DNA of 56,816 nucleotides from a virus (IMGVR_UViG_3300027833_001879:1-56816), one strand, 5' to 3'. Positions 10,401 to 19,503 are shown, counted from the stretch's first letter. The notes: generated by a model from the letters alone, not told the origin. Program-made: numbers and translations.

Positions 10401-11085
10401 TAATTCCTATTGGTAATAGAAATGCAGCTATTGCTAGATTTTTGGCAAAAGTACCAATAGAACTTGATATTATTTGAAATGCTTCAGCACCTTCTTTTAT
10501 TTTCTTAGTATTAAATTCTTGCATCACCCCGTAGAGATCAGTTATAGCATCCTTGAATTTAGTTATAGCTTTCTTAGGAACAAATTTAAATATAAGTAAA
10601 CCTTTTGCTAATGTACCAGCACCAGCACCTAATAGTTTTAGGGCCTCCGCACCATCCTTAAATCCTGGATCAACTTTAGCACCTTTACCTTTGGCCTTTC
10701 CTTCGGATTTACCTTTACCACTTTTTCCTGCTGCTATTTGTTTTAAGAGCTTTGTTTGTATTTTCTGCTCTCTCATTGCTAGCAATTCACCACCACTCAA
10801 ACCAGTTTCATCAGACTCAGTAACGGCTTCAATTAAAAGACCAAGCATACTAGACAATTCAGCACCTAAGCTATCACTAGATGAGCGTGTTGCCCCAACA
10901 AGAGTACTTAACTTATTAGAAAGAGATACTTGTATTTTTCTAAGTATATCAGTTTGGACGTTACGCTGCCCTTTTCCTGTGGCAACTGCTACTGTTAATG
11001 CATCGAGAGATTCTGCTGATGATTCAGTTGCAGCTTGAATCTTAGTTAAAGGATTCATTAAGTCTTGTAGAGTTACAGCAGCCAT
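7411..11085 (-). CDS. Tail tape measure protein
   Basis: 1224 aa, Ala/Gly-rich helical repeats with hydrophobic central segment, downstream of tube and chaperone-like genes. Confidence 0.8.
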   Translation of the reverse strand: MAAVTLQDLMNPLTKIQAATESSAESLDALTVAVATGKGQRNVQTDILRKIQVSLSNKLSTLVGATRSSSDSLGAELSSMLGLLIEAVTESDETGLSGGELLAMREQKIQTKLLKQIAAGKSGKGKSEGKAKGKGAKVDPGFKDGAEALKLLGAGAGTLAKGLLIFKFVPKKAITKFKDAITDLYGVMQEFNTKKIKEGAEAFQIISSSIGTFAKNLAIAAFLLPIGIIGAKLLNTALGIITPTFLELSEKGKELKKAAQFFEIIANSIGTFAKNLALSTFLLPIGLIGAKLLNTALGIVTPAFVKLGKEAKTVKKGAKVLDLISSSMLKFAKNLALAGLLAIVGLVAIPFLLASLVLIGGAMFLLGKMSKPIRKGARALDRVGDALKSFAVGLALFAITTFFIMMQPEILLGMVASIVLIGGAVAIIGLLNKQINKGSLSLMLMGAGLIVFGIGYAIFATFVASTAPTIGAVGIQLAVLGGIGLVTALLGAGLSLIAQGALSLFLMGVGLAIFGIGYTPFAKATKDATLDSVAVQAGVLTALGLVFAAAGLAAIAIIPGAAAFGAIGLGLLALAPGLKAMQAVNFTEQDALNLTTTLAGVKTAFIGPPNKGGVVSGIFKSIGGAISGGADAVAMTAAAVGFGAAGMALTKLSKGLKDYQKLGWTADESLQLTTVLTGITGAFAAAGGEAATPTGLFGAVFGNAFSPNATKKGIDSVMGAGKALTSIVVGLTEFQKLVDSKVDFDVLGEAISKTVGFIQRAFAAVAEEGNVDAGGFFGSLFGIKKNKVAEGLSSVQGAGKALKDIALGLGEFQKLVESNIDFDAVGAAISKSVGFVQQAFAAVADEGNVDAGGFFGSLFGIKKNKVQEGVQSVQSAGKALKDIALGLSEFQKLVESNVDFDAVGAAISKSIGFVQEAFAAVAEEGNVEAGGFWSSLFGIKKNKVAEGVAAVQGAGTELNKIATALETFAGLKDPEATANSIKQVLGMVGSAFASIGGAEETDGNWFMSWDENLVEKGIDAVDGAGDALIDIAAGLKAFSGDFDPVSVAKSIGTLLTSIGTAFSDLYKTNPLISPQLHDFSSFIVTLGDVAEKGLLDKAAEGISKIADSINKIDIDKTVAFGDLFKSSSELSDDRGAYKALARAVEDIRDMMAEPADTGFSIFGPKTEGESGGNSSGAPAAARSGSSNKALERQLGKVASAISGFPAQIQTAMLSIPDGAFKVTR
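8227..8928. repeat. Three tandem 234-bp (78-aa) repeats in tape measure gene
   Basis: AGKAL...EFQKLV...AISK.VGF...EGNVDAGGFFGSLFGIKKNKV repeated with period 234. Confidence 0.9.
10105..10458. repeat. Two tandem 177-bp (59-aa) repeats in tape measure gene
   Basis: IGTFAKNLA...FLLPIG.IGAKLLNTALGI.TP.F twice, period 177. Confidence 0.85.
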
Positions 11086-11098
11086 TTAGATTTTATTT

Positions 11099-11434
11099 TT
11101 ACAATTTTGGCATGGACATCTTAGGGAGTGAAGGCGTTTTATAAGAACTCATATTTCTTTGAGCCTGCGATTTCATCCCATCCATATTGTATTTATCCTG
11201 TGTGTCTTTAGTATTTTGTTGCTCTTGCTTATTACGCTCCTTTAACAAATCATTATAGATTTCCAGGGTATACTCATATTCATAGAAAGGAAGCAAATCC
11301 AACTCTGATGGTTGGAGATGCAACTTTTCTAATAATAATACTCTAATCTTAAAGAAGTTCAGCAGAGATATCTGAAACAATGAACAGAGCCTTGATACCG
11401 CCGGGAAACGTGAGCGGTACGCTGACCTCCTCAC
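11099..11434 (-). CDS. T4 gp51-like baseplate hub / tail assembly chaperone (start uncertain; possible frameshift extension)
   Basis: ISLLNFFK...SELDLLPFYEYEY pattern resembles gp51; no ATG start; overlaps upstream ORF in +1 frame. Confidence 0.6.
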   Translation of the reverse strand: MRRSAYRSRFPAVSRLCSLFQISLLNFFKIRVLLLEKLHLQPSELDLLPFYEYEYTLEIYNDLLKERNKQEQQNTKDTQDKYNMDGMKSQAQRNMSSYKTPSLPKMSMPKL

Positions 11435-12344
11435 CGCAGCTTTTACATGGGAATACCATCTCCGGCTTAACGCCGACTTTCATGTCTTCAGCTAATCTGT
11501 AGACGATTGTATATTTTGTAGAATCCCAACCTTGAAAGGATGTTATCTTTGCAAATATATCTTTTTCACTCCAGCCTCTCCATTCTCTCTGTAGATAAGG
11601 TAGTATAGCCAGTGTAGATTTATCCCACCCTAAGTTTTTCTCTTCTCTATCTCTGATATAATCAGTTATCGCCCTCATAACACCTATTGTAGGAGGTGCC
11701 ATTTGTATAACTCCATAACTTTTAGTTGCTACGGAATAACATCTATCACTGTTATCATAGTATTTTTCAAATTTTTCTACAACAGAATTAAATTGTAAAT
11801 TAGAAGTTCTTAACTCCATAGAATCTTGAGATTTACAATCTTGAGATTTACATGATTTTTTACCAACTGGCATCATTAGTGTTTGTTCACCAGTTTTAAA
11901 TGTTAATTCTCTAATTGAAAGTATTAAGTAAATTCTATCTTCCTCAAGAATATCCTTATAAGAACCTCTAGTAGATCCATACATTACTTTACTACATGAT
12001 ACTACTATATTATTTAAACCTTCATCAACTTCTCTTAAGTTATTTTCATCGATAGTTGAAAATGTTCTAACTTCTGCAACTTTTGCAGGTCTGATATGAA
12101 TTTCAAAATCATCTCTATAAAATTTACCTTTAGAAGGAAACTCACTAAGGTCTAATGCAGTATACCCAACCATTGCATTTATTCTTTTAATCTCAGGATC
12201 ATCAGAAGTTATGGTATTTTTTTGTTGTTGTGTAACTACTTTACCTAAATCTTGTATTACTTTGTTAGGAGTTTCTGTAGCTTCTACTGAAATACCTTCA
12301 GCAGCTGCAAACTCCTTTTTAATGTTATCTTCGTGCTCTGACAT
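11349..12344 (-). CDS. T4 gp26-like baseplate hub assembly / tail chaperone
   Basis: PSKGKFY, IRP.KV.E, EDRIYLILSIR, two Cys pairs (C.C.SC); position between tube and tape measure genes. Confidence 0.75.
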   Translation of the reverse strand: MSEHEDNIKKEFAAAEGISVEATETPNKVIQDLGKVVTQQQKNTITSDDPEIKRINAMVGYTALDLSEFPSKGKFYRDDFEIHIRPAKVAEVRTFSTIDENNLREVDEGLNNIVVSCSKVMYGSTRGSYKDILEEDRIYLILSIRELTFKTGEQTLMMPVGKKSCKSQDCKSQDSMELRTSNLQFNSVVEKFEKYYDNSDRCYSVATKSYGVIQMAPPTIGVMRAITDYIRDREEKNLGWDKSTLAILPYLQREWRGWSEKDIFAKITSFQGWDSTKYTIVYRLAEDMKVGVKPEMVFPCKSCGEEVSVPLTFPGGIKALFIVSDISAELL

Positions 12345-12347
12345 TTT

Positions 12348-12818
12348 TTAATTATTTTTTATTAATTGTTTTTCTATTTTGTTTTCATCAACAATATGTT
12401 CTACTATTAACTGTCTAACATATCTTGAAATGGCAACAGGCTTAACCCTGTTTTCCATTGACTTTTGTATAATAATTGCATTAAGACTATCCTCATCCTC
12501 AGGCGTTAATAATACTTGTAATTTTTTAGTAAGTTTTTTCTTTTGTGGAATAAGCTCCTGTACAGTTTCATTAAAACCATATTTAGGATTATCAGATTTA
12601 AATTTATTAATCCAATATTCTACTCTTTTTAAAATATCACTTAATGAATCGTCTTCTTTAAAAACTTCTAAGACTTCTCTGTTAAATGAAGTAGTTCCAA
12701 AATCTTTTACGGCTCTCTTAATGTATTTACCTGATCCAAAGTTATTAGGATTATCATTTGCTGAATACCCTACATAAACTTTGTTCGTTTTTTGTTGTTG
12801 TAATTTATAGATTATCAT
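12348..12818 (-). CDS. Degenerate GIY-YIG (Seg-like) domain fused to putative ribbon-helix-helix domain
   Basis: IIYKL..YVG..FGSG..F.REVLE..YWI..GFN; C-terminal KKLQVLLT..AISRYVRQLI. Confidence 0.7.
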   Translation of the reverse strand: MIIYKLQQQKTNKVYVGYSANDNPNNFGSGKYIKRAVKDFGTTSFNREVLEVFKEDDSLSDILKRVEYWINKFKSDNPKYGFNETVQELIPQKKKLTKKLQVLLTPEDEDSLNAIIIQKSMENRVKPVAISRYVRQLIVEHIVDENKIEKQLIKNN

Positions 12819-12841
12819 TTTTCTATATTATATATTTTATA

Positions 12842-12851
12842 TTATATATTA
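12842..12851 (-). promoter_or_regulatory. Putative late promoter (AATATATAA)
   Basis: Member of RATAWATA family upstream of structural genes. Confidence 0.5.
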
Positions 12852-12861
12852 GAGTGAAGGC

Positions 12862-12896
12862 AAAAAAACTGGGAATACATTAATATTCCCAGTTTT
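12862..12896 (-). terminator. Rho-independent terminator after tail tube gene
   Basis: AAAACTGGGAATA-6-TATTCCCAGTTTT inverted repeat plus U-run. Confidence 0.85.
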
Positions 12897-12914
12897 AATT
12901 TTAATTAATTAGTA

Positions 12915-13469
12915 TTAAGCTCCTACATTCTCCTCAACCCAGTGATCACAACGATAAGTTATTGTTAATTCTACTGCATCTTGGTTTTCATAGGCTAGTT
13001 CATCAACAAAATCCATTTGCTGTATTGGGAATACATCTTTAAATGTAATCTTTCTAAAAATATCACCTGCTCGGTTATACTGAACTAAAATCATACTACC
13101 TACATAATCCTTCTTTAATCCCATTTCACCAGTTAATGGATCATAGATTAAATTAGTCCAGTTACGGAATGTATTATATATGTAATTTTCATTTGCATCA
13201 TTTAAGTTAAGTGTAAAGTTAACTGGTAAATCAACAAACGTTTGCGCTGGCATACCTGCAAAAGATCTATCGGCAAATTTATATTTTTGCGCGATTGGAT
13301 CAATCGATGGATTTAATGCATTTAATCCTCCAATGGATTTTACTTGCTCTAAGATTAATCCTGTGTCATCCCCTAATGGCGAAAATACAGTCAGCTCAAA
13401 GAGGTTAGGTTGGATTGGCTCGAACCTTTGGCTACTGGCCCTTGATTGGGTATAATGTGGTAACGGCAT
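12915..13469 (-). CDS. gp19: Tail tube protein
   Basis: 184 aa after sheath; W..LIYDPLTGEMGLKKDY, FKDVFP, typical gp19 pattern. Confidence 0.88.
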   Translation of the reverse strand: MPLPHYTQSRASSQRFEPIQPNLFELTVFSPLGDDTGLILEQVKSIGGLNALNPSIDPIAQKYKFADRSFAGMPAQTFVDLPVNFTLNLNDANENYIYNTFRNWTNLIYDPLTGEMGLKKDYVGSMILVQYNRAGDIFRKITFKDVFPIQQMDFVDELAYENQDAVELTITYRCDHWVEENVGA

Positions 13470-13486
13470 AGTTTATTTTTGTTTTT

Positions 13487-13496
13487 TTATATATTC
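13487..13496 (-). promoter_or_regulatory. Putative late promoter (GAATATATAA)
   Basis: Repeated motif upstream of structural genes. Confidence 0.65.
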
Positions 13497-13511
13497 ATCT
13501 TTAGTTACTCC

Positions 13512-16500
13512 CTATTGAAAGTTTCCTGTACTAATTGCACCAGTTCTTAAAATAGTTGTTCTTTGTACAAGAATTTCCATACCTCTAGTTGGTTCAATAT
13601 AGGTATCTAGGATACCAACATTCTGATCAATGACTTCTGGTGTGTTATTTGTTTCATCCATTATATTTCTATAATCATAAACACCATCATCATTTTGAAT
13701 GGTAGATAAGAAGTTATCAGCTAATGTTTTAATTTCTAATCTTGTTTGTGCTGTATTAAATTCGAATAAGTAGTTTTTAAGAATTGCATCAATACCATCT
13801 TGGATATAAATTACAACCTCTCTAACGTTAATTGAACTTAAAGCAGATTTTGGAACCTGTTGTGCAGTTTTATTTGCAAATATAGTTGGTCCTGTTCCAC
13901 TTTGGAATACAATCGGATTAATTCCGAATGGCTCTAAGTAATAACGGTCTTCTTGATCTAAATTTAATTCTAAACCTACAACCCCATTACCACCTATAAC
14001 TCCACGTCTTACTCCAGCCACGATTGACCACGGTAATGCGTTTTCATATTTAAGTATGAAATTATTGGATACGTATGCAGCAGGTGGAACACTTATGTTC
14101 TTACCTAAATCTCTAACAGTCATAAATGGATAATAATAACCACCCCATGAACCTCCACTTGTAGATGAAGGTAACGAGAATCTAACTGTTGGATTCAATG
14201 CAAGATTTCCACCTTCAGATATAAACTTGGAAGATAAACCACCAATTGCATCTGTAAAGCTTGGATCAGTATTTTTCTTAAAGTCTTTAGCCGATGGAGC
14301 ATTAACTATTGCAAAAGCATTTTTTCTACCTGCACATAAGTTAGTATAGATAGCTTTACAATTTGCTTCGATTCCATTTCCATAAGTATCTACTACATAA
14401 CGGAAGTTAATCGTTTCTTTATCGGTTAGCGCTTTATATAAATTAGTACCACCTAAAATTGGAGATAAACATTTATTTTGTTGAGCATTTGTTCCAGTAG
14501 GTACATGTTTAGTAGCATCTAATTTAAATCCTGGTAAAAGGAATACATTAAGATAATCAATCCATGAATCAATTGGGTAATATAATTCTACTTTTCTTTG
14601 TGCTGGGTTTGTTAATATTTCAACATCAATTTCAGATTGGCAAGTAACCAATACTGCAGATTGACCTGCAGGTATAATTGGATATTCTGTAGAAGTTAAA
14701 TCACCTACAACAGAATTAATTCTTGTTAACCTTGATGGTGCGCCTGCGACAGTACCATTTAAATGCACGAAATAATTTCCTACTATTACATCAGCTATTT
14801 CTGGTGTTACAGCTATATCAGAATTTATTAAAATTTGATTAGGTTTTAATGTTGGCTCATTTAATGAATCACCTATAATATCAATTCCTAAGTTAAGAGC
14901 GCCTTTTAAAGTTTGTACACCTAAAATACCTGCAGCATACGGAGCAGGATTTAAAGCAGTACTAGTAGATTTCATAAAAACTCCAGCTGGATCATCTATA
15001 GTAAATTGATTATGTGGTGTTATATTTGTATAACTATCTTCAGTATAAGGAGTAATTCTAACAGCTGGCATAAAATAATCAGGATCTGATATTGCAATTT
15101 TATTTATTGCTGCAGTTGGTGCTCCAGTATGAATAAATCCATAACTAATAGCATTCATTACTAAGTATGATTGATATTGTTGGCCACCTTTTTCAAAAAC
15201 TGCTTCATCACCATCAGTTAATACACCGCTTGCAAATTGAGCTTGAACCGTTGATCCATAAGAACCTATGATTCCTGCAGGAGTACCATTTATTGGTCCG
15301 AATTCATCAACTACAAAATTAAAGTCTGCTTCATTAATATAAGTATAACTCGCAGCAGCACCTGTTGCAAAGTTTGCTGGTATAATACCACCTACATCAG
15401 ATAATAATAAAGTTACAGTGTTACCTGATACTTGTACTGATATTACTGGTACATATTTTCCGGCAGCCAATATAAATGAACCTACTACACTTGTTGTATT
15501 AGCAGTCATTGTACTGAATGCAGTCCATATAGCATCTTTAACAGCATTTGTGTTTGTTACTTGTATTTGTATATCATCTCCACTACTTGGAACTTCTACT
15601 GTAATTGTACTTGTACTATTTGCAACAGTTGTTCCAGGTTCAAAAACTCCTGGGAAAGATAAGTCAGAAACTATCGATCCACTATATGATAGAAAGTTAA
15701 CATCATCCTGGCTACCAAACGCAGTAGCTGCTTCAAGATTATGTCCTACCATATCAATTCCTCCAGGAACTCCATCTATTAACGTATCACCATCAAATAA
15801 ATTTTCATTAACGGTAACAAATAATCCAGTAGATGCAGTATCAGCATTTACAAGTTTTTCAACAAAAAGGTTGTTACCTAATAGATCTACAAAATCAGGA
15901 AGTAAACAAGCAGTATATGTTGCTCTTAAGTTAACTTCTGTTTCATTAAAGAATTCAGCTAATTGTGTATCAGTATTATCGGTTGAAAATTTCTTTCTTA
16001 ATAATCCTTGTGTTGGATCAAAGTATTGTTGGAATGTTGGATCTGCTGCAAACCTTTCATAAGGAGTAACTTTATTAAATTCTCCACCAAAGTTTCCTTC
16101 AATTACATAAACATCTACAAAGAAGTCAGATATTAAACTATCTTTATCTAAATAACCTGGTACATTAGCAGCACCATACCATTCTTCTACTGTTACAGCA
16201 TATTGTAAAACATTTGTTGGTGCAGATTTTTTAACTATAACTGAAATAGGATTCTGTCCTAAATTAGTAACATCTAATAAATCGTTAACTGTTGTTGAAC
16301 TTAATGCATCTTCATCAGCTCCAACGTTAAGTAAAAAATCGTCTGTTGATGGGAACCAAAATTTATCTCTGTTATAAAATCTTTGGTATTCATATAAAGC
16401 TCCTTCATTTTTTTGTGCTTCTGGTGTTGCTGATGTTGAAAACCTAACAGCATTAACTTTATCATTAGCATCTAAGTTAAGTAAATTTAAAGCAAGAATA

Positions 16501-16760
16501 GGTCCTCTTTCCAATGCTGCTAAACAGCTTCTGTGGAAAAAAGAATCTTTTCTTTCTAAGTTTCTGTCTATGTCTCCGTATACTTGCTTAAAGAAAGCAG
16601 TATCAGGAACAAACACAGGTGTATTAAACGGGCCAGTCTTAGAGAAACCGACAATTAGTCGAGTTTGATTAGCAGGAATACTTACTACTTGACTTTTGTC
16701 AAATTCAAATCTGTATGTTCCTGCAGCCTTAAGAGAAGCGATTTTTGGATCTAGTGCCAT
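13512..16760 (-). CDS. gp18: Tail sheath protein
   Basis: GFSKTGPFNTPV, PWSIVAGVRRG, GINPIV, SALSSINVRE, YLFEFNTAQTR, MDETNNTPEVID. Confidence 0.95.
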   Translation of the reverse strand: MALDPKIASLKAAGTYRFEFDKSQVVSIPANQTRLIVGFSKTGPFNTPVFVPDTAFFKQVYGDIDRNLERKDSFFHRSCLAALERGPILALNLLNLDANDKVNAVRFSTSATPEAQKNEGALYEYQRFYNRDKFWFPSTDDFLLNVGADEDALSSTTVNDLLDVTNLGQNPISVIVKKSAPTNVLQYAVTVEEWYGAANVPGYLDKDSLISDFFVDVYVIEGNFGGEFNKVTPYERFAADPTFQQYFDPTQGLLRKKFSTDNTDTQLAEFFNETEVNLRATYTACLLPDFVDLLGNNLFVEKLVNADTASTGLFVTVNENLFDGDTLIDGVPGGIDMVGHNLEAATAFGSQDDVNFLSYSGSIVSDLSFPGVFEPGTTVANSTSTITVEVPSSGDDIQIQVTNTNAVKDAIWTAFSTMTANTTSVVGSFILAAGKYVPVISVQVSGNTVTLLLSDVGGIIPANFATGAAASYTYINEADFNFVVDEFGPINGTPAGIIGSYGSTVQAQFASGVLTDGDEAVFEKGGQQYQSYLVMNAISYGFIHTGAPTAAINKIAISDPDYFMPAVRITPYTEDSYTNITPHNQFTIDDPAGVFMKSTSTALNPAPYAAGILGVQTLKGALNLGIDIIGDSLNEPTLKPNQILINSDIAVTPEIADVIVGNYFVHLNGTVAGAPSRLTRINSVVGDLTSTEYPIIPAGQSAVLVTCQSEIDVEILTNPAQRKVELYYPIDSWIDYLNVFLLPGFKLDATKHVPTGTNAQQNKCLSPILGGTNLYKALTDKETINFRYVVDTYGNGIEANCKAIYTNLCAGRKNAFAIVNAPSAKDFKKNTDPSFTDAIGGLSSKFISEGGNLALNPTVRFSLPSSTSGGSWGGYYYPFMTVRDLGKNISVPPAAYVSNNFILKYENALPWSIVAGVRRGVIGGNGVVGLELNLDQEDRYYLEPFGINPIVFQSGTGPTIFANKTAQQVPKSALSSINVREVVIYIQDGIDAILKNYLFEFNTAQTRLEIKTLADNFLSTIQNDDGVYDYRNIMDETNNTPEVIDQNVGILDTYIEPTRGMEILVQRTTILRTGAISTGNFQ

Positions 16761-16793
16761 CTTGTATTATATTTTTTTTGTTTATTAGTTTTT

Positions 16794-16802
16794 TTATATA
16801 TC
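16794..16802 (-). promoter_or_regulatory. Putative late promoter (GATATATAA)
   Basis: Repeated motif. Confidence 0.6.
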
Positions 16803-16819
16803 TACCAAGTATCTACTTT

Positions 16820-18634
16820 TTATACTAAGTCATAGATATCAAAATTTAGATTACCACCTTTGGAATCTTTTTCTAGTATTTCTTCTATTTGATTTTGTAT
16901 AGATGGATCAATCACATCATATATTTCTTCGACAAAATCAGAAAAATCTAAAGTAGTAAAGAATTCAGAACTATTTATACAAGTCATAATTAAATCATCA
17001 TTACCTAATTGGCCTGCATATGACCCATTAGGAAGTTTACCAAACGTAGAAGATTCTTTAACAGTATCTCTATCAAAGATTTGAATTTTATTTTGAGTAA
17101 TGTATTTTTTAAAATTTTGACAAAAAATAGGTTTATTGTCTTTCTTTACTTTAAGACCGAAAGATTTTGTCTTAGCATCAACTCGGTGTTTAAATTTAAC
17201 AACACTTTCTTCATCAAAATCATTTCTCTGTGGAAATACTGTTTCCATTCTTTTTATTAATTCTCCACCAAACATATTCCATTCTATAATAAGTTTTACA
17301 TTTTCAGAATAAAATAAATCAAATGCTAAAATATAAAGTGTTTTTGCAAATTCTTCAATAGTATGCTCATTACTTCTAAATCTTCCAATTTGCCTAATTC
17401 CAAAAAAGTCAACAAAGCTACCTGGTGTTGTTACAGATTTCCAATCACTTTCATCTAGCATCTTTACTTGGAAAATATTAATAACAGAATAATCTCCACC
17501 AGTTCCTTCAGCAATATCTACAGAGAATACCCAGTAATTATAATCTTCTTCTATTTCATCTAAATTAAATCCTGGTTGCCATAGCATACCAGTGTAATTA
17601 ATTTCAGCATCATCAAATTCTGGTATTTCTTTATGTTCAAACTCTACTTGATTCTCTGTAAGCTTTTTTAAACTAGCTGGATTTAATAGTAAAGAAGATC
17701 CTGCTATAAATTGATTTCCATACTGTCTATTAAATGCCTCGTCGCTTCCTAGGTTAGCAACTTCTTGTCGCATCCATGCATCATCACGACCAGGTACATC
17801 CCACCAATCAACTCTAAATGGGGTATACTCACTTAAGCCTTTATCGGCAGCAGTATATATGTCATAAAATTTATTAAAGCCGTTAGGCGTACTAGTTATA
17901 ATTACTTTAGAGTTAGCCGATGCGGATACTGTTGGATATACATTTTCATAAAAAGTATTTACAAAATTTGCAGGTATATGCGCAAACTCATCCATAAATA
18001 ATAAATGAATAGTAAAACCGATTGCTGCTTTCTTGGTTGTTGTCTGACCTATAATTCTACAACCGTTATCAAACTTGGAATTAAAAACATCCCATTTCAG
18101 TGTACCGGGCTTGATAAAGAACGGTAGATGTTCTAATATAGTTTTACCTTTATCAATAATTTCTCTTGTTGTAGCACCCTTATTTGAAAGTATTAGTGAA
18201 TTTTTATCAAAATTAAATACAGAATACCATGCAATAAAAATAGATGAACATATTGTTTTACCAACCTGCCTACTTGCTAAGCATATATTAAATCTTTCAG
18301 CTTGAAATTGCCTTAACATATTTTCTTGGTAAGGTCTTAAATTAATTGTCTGTAAACCTTCATCGGTCATTACAGTACAATAAGTATTAGCAAAATAAAC
18401 AATATCTTTTGCACACTTTTTAATTTCTCTTATCTCTTCATCAGTATAATTAAATACAATATTACCTTTTCTTAAATTAGGATTACCTTCATAAAAAGGT
18501 GTAGACTTTGGTTTATAACCTTCATCAATTGCTAGCATTAATTGTTCAACCTTATGACTAGTCCATGCAAAAGACTCGGCACCTTTCGATATCTTAAATT
18601 CAAATCCTGCTGATTCTGCTTGCGGTTTAGCCAT
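16820..18634 (-). CDS. gp17: Terminase large subunit
   Basis: LRPYQ, ASRQVGKT Walker A, LFMDEFAH, ITSTPNG, VDIAEGTGGDYS, NDDLIM. Confidence 0.97.
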   Translation of the reverse strand: MAKPQAESAGFEFKISKGAESFAWTSHKVEQLMLAIDEGYKPKSTPFYEGNPNLRKGNIVFNYTDEEIREIKKCAKDIVYFANTYCTVMTDEGLQTINLRPYQENMLRQFQAERFNICLASRQVGKTICSSIFIAWYSVFNFDKNSLILSNKGATTREIIDKGKTILEHLPFFIKPGTLKWDVFNSKFDNGCRIIGQTTTKKAAIGFTIHLLFMDEFAHIPANFVNTFYENVYPTVSASANSKVIITSTPNGFNKFYDIYTAADKGLSEYTPFRVDWWDVPGRDDAWMRQEVANLGSDEAFNRQYGNQFIAGSSLLLNPASLKKLTENQVEFEHKEIPEFDDAEINYTGMLWQPGFNLDEIEEDYNYWVFSVDIAEGTGGDYSVINIFQVKMLDESDWKSVTTPGSFVDFFGIRQIGRFRSNEHTIEEFAKTLYILAFDLFYSENVKLIIEWNMFGGELIKRMETVFPQRNDFDEESVVKFKHRVDAKTKSFGLKVKKDNKPIFCQNFKKYITQNKIQIFDRDTVKESSTFGKLPNGSYAGQLGNDDLIMTCINSSEFFTTLDFSDFVEEIYDVIDPSIQNQIEEILEKDSKGGNLNFDIYDLV

Positions 18635-18893
18635 TATCTTCTGTTAAAATAGCAATAAGATCTGTAATATGAATTAGTTCATGTTCAACATTATCTAATT
18701 TTACCATAGTTCCTTTGCCCATATTTTTTAATACAACATCACCTTCTTTTAAATCTTTATTATTTCCTGGATTAATAATCTTTACTTTACGATTATATTT
18801 TTCATTAGCCATAATAATACCACTGGCGGTTGTTCTCTCTTGTTGCTCAATCTCTTGAACTAACAAATAATTATTTTTCATCTCCATCAACAT
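18627..18893 (-). CDS. groES: GroES-like co-chaperonin
   Basis: YLLV...ERTTASGII...LKEGDVV...DLIAIL Cpn10 pattern. Confidence 0.8.
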   Translation of the reverse strand: MLMEMKNNYLLVQEIEQQERTTASGIIMANEKYNRKVKIINPGNNKDLKEGDVVLKNMGKGTMVKLDNVEHELIHITDLIAILTEDNG

Positions 18894-19476
18894 CTTGTAT
18901 ATCTTCTTCTTTAATTGTGTCTTGTAAAGCTCTCATTAAATCTTTTGTCCCTCGAGATTTAATACCACTTTGTTTATTGGATGAGGATGAACCCTCAGTA
19001 TTATGATAGACATCTACATCGCGTGATATCTTTTTAGCATTTTCCTCAATTGCCACCATATACATTGTTTGACTTTTAATAATATCTAAAAGAGTTCTTT
19101 GTAAATCACTAAGTACTTCAAACATTCTTGGTGACACATCACCTTCATGAATAGTCTCCATTAATAAAGTAATAGCAGTTTCACTATTTTGCATTTGTCT
19201 TATTAGCATAGATAAAGCCGATTCATCTAATTGTGCTTTAGCTCTAATGTATTCATGCTCGGCAATAATCTCCTCGCTTAAATAAAAGGTTAATAAACTA
19301 TTCATTACCTTTTCAGCTTTATTTTTAGCTTTATTTAATTGTAGAGCTTGGCCACTTTCTATTCTTACTGGTTGTAATTCTTCTGAATTTTCACTTAAAC
19401 CTTCTACTTCATCTGGCAAATCATTTAAGAGATCTCCTAAGCTATCACGAAATTTTCCTTTCGACGAGTCTTTCAT
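18871..19476 (-). CDS. gp16: Terminase small subunit-like protein
   Basis: SPRMFEVLSDL and GTKDLM motifs resemble gp16; upstream of large terminase. Confidence 0.65.
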   Translation of the reverse strand: MKDSSKGKFRDSLGDLLNDLPDEVEGLSENSEELQPVRIESGQALQLNKAKNKAEKVMNSLLTFYLSEEIIAEHEYIRAKAQLDESALSMLIRQMQNSETAITLLMETIHEGDVSPRMFEVLSDLQRTLLDIIKSQTMYMVAIEENAKKISRDVDVYHNTEGSSSSNKQSGIKSRGTKDLMRALQDTIKEEDIQDVDGDEK

Positions 19477-19493
19477 TTTTATCTAAATTTATA

Positions 19494-19503
19494 ATATATA
19501 TTC
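19494..19503 (-). promoter_or_regulatory. Putative late promoter (GAATATATA)
   Basis: Repeated motif. Confidence 0.6.
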
